Below, in pieces: positions 25,700 through 36,344 of a DNA stretch of 64,000 nucleotides. The DNA is from Anthoceros angustus (taxonomy: Eukaryota; Plantae; Anthocerotophyta): contig MU008168.1 in the NCBI GenBank assembly GCA_010909165.1, positions 248,001-312,000 on the forward strand. Reading direction: 5' to 3'. Made by a program: the position numbers and the translations under genes. Every line of letters begins with the position of its first letter. The stretch's first letter is position 1. The notes beneath the pieces were generated by a model, which was given only the letters and a program-made list of their open reading frames with translations, was not told where the DNA came from and did no database searches.

Positions 25700-25924
25700 G
25701 TTGTTGTTGTTGTTGTTGTTGTTGCTGCTTAGGCCTAATGGACACACATTTATAAGAACGCCGTGATTAAGCATCCTGAGCTTGGATCGGTACATAGATG
25801 GGGTGCCTAAAGGGAGTGGATGCCGTGCAAGTAGCTGAGGCACACCATGGTACAAGTTGTCAAGTACCAAGTCCCATGACGGAAATCCGTTTTTAGTGGA
25901 GTTCAATAAAATTCTTCTTCTTCT
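25700..25924 (+). mobile_element. (GTT)8 microsatellite followed by SINE-like element copy 2 (25731-25924), just 3' of the RH57 stop
   Basis: Same 5' start as copy 1 (AGGCCwAATGGACACAC), 3' stem-loop ACGGA-AA-TCCGT, AATAAA, short (TTC)n tail. Confidence 0.8.
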
Positions 25925-26949
25925 ACTAGGTAGCCCAGTTTGCCCCTCCTAGCTTCCACATCCCATGGCAGTCATGAACGGCAGCCCGGAGATCAATGAA
26001 ATCCCTAACCCCAGAATGGCGGGGGGTCTCCGGAGCTATTTTCCCGATAAGTAGATACCGAGTCGATACTGAGACTCTCCCTTCTTTCTTGACGCCAATG
26101 CTACCTCAAAAACCCTCAGTAATTCAAGTCTGCCTCAATCTCACACGGTCTTTCCATCGATATCAGTCCTGCCCCATCCAACTTCCATGGAAAAAAAAAA
26201 ATCCCCGCATTGTTTGTGAAGTTTCGAAAGCCCATGGCCATCCCGGGCGGTTGGGCCTAATTTTCCACACCCCGGCTTGCATCACCGAACCGCATGTTCA
26301 TGCCACTCGAAAAACAAGTGCTTTGCCATGACCACGGCCAAAAACTCGGAATTGCCCTGGCATGAAGGATCGCTACCATCCTTGTGGAGCTTTTGTGAAG
26401 CGATTCTTACAAATGTAATGCACAGTTGGGTTTAGGGTCTACGGGCCCACCTACGCTCCTACCACAATGCGCAACGCATACACACGGCGCCTCCCATTCG
26501 CCCATCTTCGTCCACGTCGCCTTGGCTTACGCCACCTTTTGCCTTCCACTCGACCTTGTAAAGCCCACCCAGTAGCGCGTTTTTGTAAAGCCCACCCTGT
26601 AGGGTATTTGACAACAAGCGTTGTAAAACGGTACCGTAGGGCTATTTACAACATGTCGGTTTTTTTACAATAAGGAATGTGTAGCACCCTATCCCAGTAG
26701 TGATTTTACTCAAGGCTGCTTGATTGTGGAGTTCCAATGGACCCAATATTACTCCTGAAGGGAGGACATGTAGCACTTTTTTTAGTTCAAGGAGTACATG
26801 CAAATTACTACTAATCTAATAGCTCTATCTAGTGAGATAATGTTTCCTTTGTCCTCACCAAACTTGCAACTATTCAAAATGTTGCACCCTTGGTTATGAA
26901 GATAGATCCTCAACGTGTGGCAAGCTAATGGTCACACATAGGTTAAAGT

Positions 26950-29900
26950 TCAAGCTGACCATATTCTAAAAGTACTATCAGATCCTCCAGACACGAGGAA
27001 CTTTCCATTGGGATCGAATACCAATGCTTGTACTGCATCATCATGTCCCCGCAACTCATTGATTGGTACAACTTCCGTACCAATATGGAAACTGCAAGGA
27101 AATATATAAAAGTAAGTCAATTTTTCTTCTTGATTGTGCCAATTAAATATAGAGTCAAAGGTTGATTCAGATTTTGTTACCATTTAATCCGACTATCATT
27201 GCTTGCAATAGCAACAACATGACCACTCCTATCAAAGCAACATTTATTTGCCGAATGTGGTCCCACATTTATGGTAGCAAACTCTTGAACTTTTCGCACA
27301 TCCCATAATTTAACAACACCATCAGCATCTACAGAAGCTATCATGAATCCCTGCAAACAAGGTTGTTGCTCAGACATAAAAGCAGAAAATAAAAAGTATT
27401 TCAAATTTTCATCAAAAAAATAAAAAGAACTCAAGCATTAAGGACGGGTTATGAATACTTTTGGATCAAATGCTGCATGATTGCATGAGCTTTGGTGGCC
27501 GTAAAACGTTTGGACACAAAGTGTAGATCGAGCATCCCATAAGCTCACTGTCTTATCACTTGAAGCTGTACATAGAATATTAGTATAATTTTGCCATACA
27601 ACTCCATTAACCGAGTCAACGTGACCTCTAAGTGTTCCTCTACATCTCATCCTATGAAATGTTATAAGAACGAGTTAAGATTAGTTTGAGATTAATAAAA
27701 AGGTATTTTTCATAGATATAACATTTTAGTTAATGAAAAACTTTAAGTGCTCTAGGTACATATGAACTAACCCTGGGAGATCCCAAATTCGTGAAGTATG
27801 GTCAAGAGAGGAGCTAGCTGCGACATCACCGCTAAAATGAAAAGCAATTGCCCAAACTGCCTGATTTTTTTTGTATTATTAGCATATTTTACCTCTCCCC
27901 CTTGAAGAATCGAGTAGTTTAGTGCAAATATATAAAATCCAATTTTAGTGCAATTCCTACCTGAGTATGTTCTGTAAATGTATGTATACAACGAGCCTTT
28001 TCAAAACTCCACACCTTCACTGTGCAATCTCCAGAAGATGAAACCAATTGCATGCCACTATTCACACAGCAAGAGACTGAAACATCATTAATTACAGCTT
28101 CAACAGTTGTAAAGTGTTTTGATATATGCAACTAAATCACCTTGGATGGAAATCTAAACCAGCAACCCAATCTTTGTGACCATCTCCAGTCATGATTAAG
28201 TCACCAGCTGGAAGACCCCACATTCTCCATGTGCAATCATCTGAGGCTGTAACCACTACGGGCTTCTTTGGATGAATAACAACACTGTAAGTAAGAAAAT
28301 AATGTTGAAATTCCAGCATTTTTTTTCCATACAAAAAAGAAACTCAAGTGTTTGGTTAAGAAACTTGTTTGTGGGTAAATGTTGACATCTCACTTGCTAA
28401 CCGACATCAAGTGGCCTTTGAATGTCTTTTGTAAATTGAAATAGTTTACTGGAGTAGGCTCAAGATCCATATCAATAAAATGATTTGTCCGAGTTGCAGT
28501 TAAAGGATCTGGTTTAGTACTTTCACTCGAAGTTGTTGATTTTGGTGGTGTGGGAACAGTCTCACAAGCAGCATCTTTAATGTCTCTTAAGGAAAGTAAA
28601 TTGGTAACCTAGTAACAAACATAATTATGTTATATAGATACATTACCATAAAAAGATTACTTATGGAATAATTTTAACTTACTTTATGTAAAAGTCTATC
28701 TCTTTCAAGTGCTAGCATTGCCTTCTCACGAAGAATATCTTCATATTTTTTCTTCAAAGTTGTGATAACTGGTTCATATTTAGAATAATGTCGTTTTAAA
28801 TTCTGCCGTTTAAAACACCATAGAATGAACACCTCTTGCAGCTACATATCAAAACTAGGATACTATTTTAAACATATAGGATGTAGATGAAATCAAAACC
28901 TTAATAGTCCATATCAACTTGTTCTTTTCTTGCGCAATTCGATTGTGATGCATACGATGCACATTTCTTTCTTTACGAAATTTTTCAAACATTTTTTGTC
29001 TACACCTGCAATCTGGAAGAAAGTCGGGTTCAATGACAAATTCCTCATCCCGAATCTTTATCCACAAAATATATAATTATAAAAAATATAAGATAAATAT
29101 TTTGAGTTATATATGTTTACCGGGAGGATCGATCTTGGGGCTAGATGATTCGCATCATGAAGCTGGTTCTAGATTCTCAATAGCATCTTGCATTTCAAGA
29201 TGTCTTGTGTATTCATCGGCACTTTACCGACTTCACTTTCATTGATTTCTCCTTTACTCAACATCTCCTCCCATTCTTTCTCAAGCATCATGTAAACACA
29301 TCATATGAATATTATTTTACAGAAATATTTTTAATAATCTATTGATTTTTAATTCTTATTAAAATTTTACCTCAAATATATCAAGAGTTTTCTTAAGCCT
29401 CTTTTGTAGAGGAAATTTCTTATAAAGTCATCTGCTACTTCTACTTTTCGTTTTATAAAGGGATCAAATGTTGTTCCGTCGTCGCACCTTTGCCTATAAT
29501 CAATCATGAATTGATGAGCTAATGAAAACAATAGTACGACCATTATCCATATTGGTACCTAAAATGACATAATTTTAGATAAAAACATGATATTTTCTCC
29601 TATTCACACAAAGAAGAGAAAACATCATTAATTACAGCTTCAACAGTTGTAAAGTGTTTTGATATATGCAACTAAATCACCTTGGATGGAAATCTAAACC
29701 AAAGAACCCAATCTTTGTGACCATCTCCATCATGATTAAGTCACCGAAGACCCACATTCTCCATGTGCAATCATCTCGAGGTGTAACCACTACGGGCTTC
29801 TTTGGATGAATAACAACACCGTAAGTAAAATAATGTTGAAATTCCAGCATTTTTTCCATACAAAAAAGAAACTCAAGTGTTTGGTTAAGAAACTTGTTTG

Positions 29901-31402
29901 TGGGTAAATGTTGACATCTCACTTGCTAACCGACATCAAGTGGCCTTTGAATGTCTTTTGTAAATTGAAATAGTTTACTGGAGTAGGCTCAAGATCCATA
30001 TCAATAAAATGATTTGTCCGAGTTGCAGTTAAAGGATCTGGTTTAGTACTTTCACTCGAAGTTGTTGATTTTGGTGGTGTGGGAACAGTCTCACAAGCAG
30101 CATCTTTAATGTCTCTTAAGGAAAGTAAACCTAGTAACAAACATAATTATGTTATATAGATACATTACCATAAAAGATTACTTATGGAATAATTTTAACT
30201 TACTTTATGTAAAAGTCTATCTCTTTCAAGTGCTAGCATTGCCTTCTCACGAAGAATATCTTCATATTTTTCTTCAAAGTTGTGATAACTGGTTCATATT
30301 TAGAATAATGTCGTTTTAAATTCGCGTTTAAAACACCATAGAATGAACACCTCTTGTACATATCAAAACTAGGATACTATTTTAAACATATAGGATGTAG
30401 ATGAAATCAAAACCTTAATAGTCCATATCAACTTGTTCTTTTCTTGCGCAATTCGATTGTGATGCATACGATGCACATTTCTTTCTTTACGAAATTTTTC
30501 AAACATTTTTTGTCTACACCTGCAATCTGGAAGAAAGTCAGTTCAATGACAAATTCCTCATCCCCGGAATCTTTATCCACAAAATATATAATTATAAAAA
30601 AATATAAGATAAATATTTTTGAGTTATATATGTTTACTGGGAGGATCAGTACTGGGCTAGATGATTCGCATCATGAAGCTGGTTCTGTAGATTCTCAATA
30701 GCATCTTGCATTTCAAGATGTCTTGTGTATTCATCTGGCACTTTACCGACTTCACTTTCATTGATTTCTCCTTTACTCAACATCTCCTCCCATTCTTTCT
30801 GAAGCATCATGTAAACACATCATATGAATATTATTTTACAGAAATATTTTTAATAATCTATTGATTTTTAATTCTTATTAAAATTTTACCTCAAATATAT
30901 CAAGAGTTTTTCTTAAGCCTCTTTTGTAGAGGAAATTTCTTATAAAGTCATCTGCTACTTCTACTTTTCGTTTTATAAAGGGATCAAATGTTGTTCCGTC
31001 TGGTCGCACCCCTTTGCCTATAATCAATCATGAATTGATGAGCTAATGAAAAACAATAGTACGACCATTATCCATATTGGTACCTAAAAATGACATAATT
31101 TTAGATAAAAACATGATATTTTCTCCTGTATTCACACCTAATAATAATGATAATCGTTGAAGTGAACGGATTGTATCGTCTAAATCTTCCGATTGGACAT
31201 CATCTTCGGTGTCGCTTTCAATTGCAACATCCTCATATGCATAATCAATATTTGTGTCAACATCAGATCCAATACCATCATTGATACCTGCAATTAAGGG
31301 TTTAATATTCGACTTACCTCAATCTTTTTGGAATATGATCTCAAGAACAACATTATACTTACCTTGCAAGACAAATTCAACGTCGTTCTTGGGGCTTTCC
31401 AT
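26950..31402 (-). CDS. SPAG16: Axonemal central-apparatus WD40 protein PF20/SPAG16, multi-exon, with an internal duplicated block
   Basis: VEVADDFIRNFL..GLRKTLDIFE; KERNVHRMHHNRIAQEKNKLI; WD repeats FKGHLMSVS, TASDDCTWRMW, DGHKDWVAGLDFHP, SSGDCTVKVW, HTQAVW..SLDHTSRIWDL, LRGHVDSVN, FYGHQSSCN, DADGVVKLWDVR, LRGHDDAVQ..SGGSDSTFRIWS. Confidence 0.92.
28059..31137. repeat. Tandem duplication of ~1.54 kb inside SPAG16 (28059-29600; 29601-31128)
   Basis: Colinear copies; 9-bp TATTCACAC at 28059, 29601 and 31129. Confidence 0.95.
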
Positions 31403-32030
31403 GTTTGAAGTGATAACGTTGATCTTTCAATGACATATACGTTTTACACCAAAGAAAGAGATATCTATAAATCCATGGATAACAACTTCAATAAAGTAGA
31501 GTTTCAAGCATAAATATATTCATGTATTACGTATATTCAGTAGCTCATGTCAAGTTCTTCCACTTTGTGATGGACAAAACAGAGAGAGTTTCTTTCAACT
31601 ATAGACAACCTTTCAAGAGTTTCTTCTAATAGTGATTTGTTTCAAGCGAGTTTCTATCAAATATAGAAGAGTTTCTTCTAAAAGTGATTTGTTTTGAGCG
31701 ACTCTACAAATAGTCTTACAGGGAAAAAAATCTTAACATTATATTTATGATTATTTTCCTTATTATTAATTTTTATTTATGATTAGAATTTATAATTTTT
31801 TAGGATTAAGATTTTGCTTCTCCTCTTTTTTAATATTTTTCTTTTCGAATAAGAACTATGAAAGAGAATGTATTTTTGTCATAGCCTTTAGAATTTGATT
31901 GTGAGCTAAACTTTTTGCAAAGATACATTATCAAAACCCTGTGACATATAAAGAGTACTAACTAATGAGAGGATCTGCATTAAACATCAACTTAATGCTG
32001 TGCATTTCAAGAGTTTTGTAGTTTGTGAAA
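31403..32030. promoter_or_regulatory. Putative bidirectional promoter between SPAG16 and TTC29
   Basis: 628 bp between divergent ATGs; GAGTTTCT x4 and a duplicated ~33-bp segment at 31585-31705. Confidence 0.5.
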
Positions 32031-33239
32031 ATGTCACACCACGCTATTAAACGATTCTCAAAATCTGCTCGTAAGGCTTCAAAATATGTAATTGTGAAGC
32101 CAAAAGAAGCTACATTAACTGTTGCAGAAACCAGAGCACGGTTTTATGAAAAATTAATAAATGACTATAGACCTGCTGACATTGGATTAACAAAAATGAT
32201 AATACCAAAGCAACAAATATGTTGTGTCAATCTGCTTGCATCTGGACATCCCAAGGCATTCATAGAGTTTTTTGAGCTCACGCACGGTAAGGAGGATCCA
32301 GAGTTGAAAAAGTTAGATATTAATGATATGCCTATACCTCCACTTGTGAAGCAAGCTAGAATTGAGGCAACATTAGAACCCCTGAGCACAAATTTCATCA
32401 CAGCTGAATTGGCAAGTAGATCGAATGACTATGAAAAGTTGTTCCATTCTAGACTCCAAATAGCTAAAACCTTAGAAATCTCTGGTGAATTGAACAAAGC
32501 AATATATTGTTATGCAAAATGTAATACTGTAGCTGATAATTTTAGTAAACGTAATAGTCATCTATGTGAGGTGAAACATAATTTGGGAAAAGTGTATGAG
32601 AGGTTAGATGATATACCAAAAGCCACACTATGTTATGAAGAATACTTGAAGTTGGGTGAAACTGGTAAAAGTCCACATGACATAGTCAATGCAGCTGTCA
32701 ACCTCCTCAAAGTGTATGTCCTATATGCTGGACGAATTAAAGGTGATAATCCAACAGAATGTATTGCATTTTTAGAAAAGGCAATAACTATGGCCACAAT
32801 ATGCGGCAATGAGCAAGCCCTTGGGGAGGCAAAATACAGCATAGGCCTCCTATATGAAAGGTTGGGTAAACATGAAATATCACTCAAATACCAGAATGAA
32901 TATCTTGAGATATGTGCAACACTTAAGGATATTTTAGGTGAAAGCAAAGCTCATGAAGCATTATCCATAGCTTATGAAGCAAATGGAGATGCTAAAACAG
33001 CTACTAGCCACATGGAACAGTTTTTCGAATCAGCTGAAGGTACTGACTTGGATAACAAAGCTCGAGCTAGTTGCAAGCTTGGCATACTTTATAACAGGCA
33101 TAAGCAGGCCCAACGGGCAGTAGAGAAGTTTGAAAGTTTCTATCAAATGGCTTGTGAGTTGAAGAATATTAGGCTGATGGACCAAGCTAAGTATAACCTC
33201 GGCATCGCTCGTGGAACCCTCAAAACAATTGTAAAGTAA
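32031..33239 (+). CDS. TTC29: Tetratricopeptide repeat protein 29 (axonemal inner-arm-dynein associated)
   Basis: Uninterrupted ~400-aa ORF; CVNLLASGHPKAFIEFFEL resembles the TTC29 N-terminal signature; serial TPRs; ends AKYNLGIARG. Confidence 0.8.
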   Translation: MSHHAIKRFSKSARKASKYVIVKPKEATLTVAETRARFYEKLINDYRPADIGLTKMIIPKQQICCVNLLASGHPKAFIEFFELTHGKEDPELKKLDINDMPIPPLVKQARIEATLEPLSTNFITAELASRSNDYEKLFHSRLQIAKTLEISGELNKAIYCYAKCNTVADNFSKRNSHLCEVKHNLGKVYERLDDIPKATLCYEEYLKLGETGKSPHDIVNAAVNLLKVYVLYAGRIKGDNPTECIAFLEKAITMATICGNEQALGEAKYSIGLLYERLGKHEISLKYQNEYLEICATLKDILGESKAHEALSIAYEANGDAKTATSHMEQFFESAEGTDLDNKARASCKLGILYNRHKQAQRAVEKFESFYQMACELKNIRLMDQAKYNLGIARGTLKTIVK

Positions 33240-33249
33240 ATTAAAATTG

Positions 33250-34760
33250 TCAAGAATTATTTTTTCGTTTGGTGCGACCAGCAATTTTGGCTCGCACTCT
33301 TCGCAAGAGCGATGACCGGCGCCGAGGGTTTCTGGACGACTCCCCCTGCTGAGCTCTGACCATGGCTTCATCACCGGATTCATCGCGCTCCTTTTCTGAT
33401 TTCACGAGGCGCAGTTTCATGCCTGGAAGATTCTTGAGACCTCCGACGTTCATTTCACTGAGGCGGGATCGCCGTGGCCACAGGTGTCTCGGCTGGGGCA
33501 GCGGAGCCTCCTCCACTGGAACCTGAGGCTCTCCTACTCGATGTGCTTTGGTGAAAGTCTGTCTCAGTGTAGCCTTGCCTCGCTGTGCTGTCGTCTCCTC
33601 TTTGGCTGCTTGCAATTGTTTGTCGAAGGCGTCCTGAAAGGCATCTGCGTTCACGAGAGTGGCATCCGCCTGCGTGAACATTGTTCTGGCGGCAAGGGCC
33701 AGGTCTCCCAAACCCTTAGCGACCTTTGGATCCATCTTTGTGCTTCTAGCTAACCCTGCCAGGTTGCCGACCGACTCCAGCACCTTGTCCATGGCTTCTG
33801 GCAAGCTCTGGCGTGTCGGAGCAGCGGCCCCTAGTGAGCGTGGAGAACTGGATGTGGAGGAAGAGCCTGCCGGCGTCAAAACCTGATCCAGGAGGTCCAC
33901 CAGATCCTTCCCCTTGTCCAGCTCATCTGCTTCGGAAGCCTTTTCATTGGGACTTTCCTCAGCCGAATCGAACACACTGGAAACAAGGCTTCCACTGTCC
34001 TTCGATCCCTCTGATCCCCCTTCCCTCCTTCTGCCCTTGTCCTTGCCTTTCCCATACCCGGAGGCCCCTGCCGTATCATCCCGCCCTCCGAAGAAGAGGC
34101 TGAGACTATCCAGAGCATGTGCCCCGATCCTGAACCCGGCGGAAGTGTCCGTCTGCCCTAATGTCCTCCTCCTACCGAGTTCTTCCGACGCCCCTCTGGC
34201 AGCCATTACAGCACGAGACATCCTTTCCTCCGTGCTCAGCTGAAGCATTGCAGCCTCCTCCGAAGATTGGCCAGCTGCAAACAACATCTCCCGCTCCAAG
34301 GCCCCCGCAAAACCAGTGGCAAAGGGCCATGCTGCGAAGCTGTACGTGCTATCTCGCGTGAAGAAATGCTCCTTCAGTGGGTGAAACTGCTCCCTTGCCT
34401 TGAGGTGATACTTGCCTGTATTCCTGTGAAGCAGGCCCTCAATTTGACACAGGCCTTCGATTATTGCGAAAAGTTCGTGGAGTAAATCAGCAGAGTCAGG
34501 ATCCTCTTGGAGCGCAACTCTCACATCTCTCAGCGATTCCTCGTACCTCTCCTTCCTCAGCCAAAGCGCACCCTGTATTCATTCTCTTCAAGATTAACAA
34601 TAAGCAGATAAACTGATAAAACCAAATGGGCCGGCACCAGCGCCAAACCTGATCTGCTGAGATCAGCCCTTTGGGCTTCAGAATTTTCCGCAGGTAATCT
34701 CCCTTTTTCCCGAGGCCTTGCAGTCGTTCCACCCACCAACGATATGACGCCGTAATGAGG
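33250..34760 (-). CDS. Hypothetical GC-rich protein (one TPR-like motif, low-complexity and coiled-coil segments)
   Basis: 424-codon ORF 33250-34524 preceded in frame by GALWLRKERYEESLRDVRVALQEDPDS after a CAG acceptor near 34575; a possible upstream exon at 34650-34760. Confidence 0.5.
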
Positions 34761-36344
34761 AAGAGACAAAACAGAAATCCTATACATGTGACTATGAACA
34801 CGGGATAGTAGTGCGAGTGTTGTTTCCCATGAAATTCTTCTGCACCAAATCAAAAGTCCAGAGAGTTTATTAGCATACATGCTCTGTATTCAAATCATAA
34901 TCTTTTTCAAAGTTAGAAATAGATCATTTCAAACCTTTTAATATCCTTGAATGACTTCGAAGAAGATGTCTTTTAAGCTTTATGATTTCATTTATACTTA
35001 CATCTTCTTCCATATCCAAATTATGTCAGGTTCAAGGGCTCATGAAAGACTAGTGTCATTTGGCTTGCTTAAACCCTTAATACTATTTTATATATAATTA
35101 AATCTCAATTTTGTTTTGGATGCATAAGTTTGGATGATTATTTGTAACATATCTAAACATTGTGGATAATTTACAACATTTAATTTTGACCTCCACCATG
35201 CATTGGTATTAAGAGTACAAATTATAATTTACAACATCATCTTATATCTATAGAAGGTTTTATTTTAATTTAGATATTATATCATAAAAATTAAAATATC
35301 AAAAGAACATGAAATGATCTTGAATGTGCATAGATTTCAATCAAGTAAATGCATACAAAGTTTCAAGTTCACAACATGAAATCTTAACATTTAAAACCTC
35401 TATGTCAAAGTTAACAAAGGTTGATCACATTCTTTCGGTCTCTTTCTTATTGAGTCATTTGGTATCACATTGTAATTTTTGGTTGATATATCATTCAAAT
35501 AGGTAAGTTTTTAAATTTAAAATATAATTTAATATAATTTTAATATATATAATATACATAGTAATATAAAAATATTTTCTTGAATTCAAGATAAGTTAGA
35601 AAACTCATTCATCATAGAACACCTAAAAGAAAGACTCTTCATACCCATACTCTTCTTTTTGTGCTGTCATCAAGTTTATAGTATAATTGAAAATTATGTT
35701 ATGATATATTAAAACTAATGCTGTCTATTCACTCTAACTATATTTCCTAATAACATATCTAGATTTATATTTTATTTTTGGAGATACTGCCGTTTTATGT
35801 AGGTATACACGACAAGTTGGAGATCAGGTTTGGAATATGAACCTTGGAGCTACCAGATTTGCATTTCAGATACTAGATGTCCAACATATCTTAGTTATCT
35901 TGGGTTATAATATATATCTATATAAAATATAATATAATTTAATCCATGTAGTAAGTACATGTATCGGCATCAAAGTTCACTTATTGGTGAGCATTCTTCA
36001 AATACTGGATGCACGATCACGGTATTGCACAAATCATATGGCGCTGTGGGCCGTGAAACTTTGTAATGAAATCACAAGACATGCCTCGCTCTTATGCACT
36101 GAATCGCAAGGACCTGTAGCTCGAGTGAAGAAGCCTGGAAAAGGGAGGAGTTTGGCGAACATAACGGGAGCTGTATGTAGCTAGATATCTAGCATTTTAC
36201 ATATTCAAACCTTGCATCTCGGGTGCATCTCGGGGGCATCCATTTGGCTGGGTGTCTTTCTGCCAACCATGGCTGTCTGGGCAATTGAGTCGCAGGACTT
36301 GGTGTGGAGGTTTGTATGGACACAACATAGTGGCGGGTTAACAG

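Noticed and set aside
31403-32030. DUO1-type AACCG sites in the SPAG16/TTC29 intergenic region
   Set aside because: Looked for and not found.
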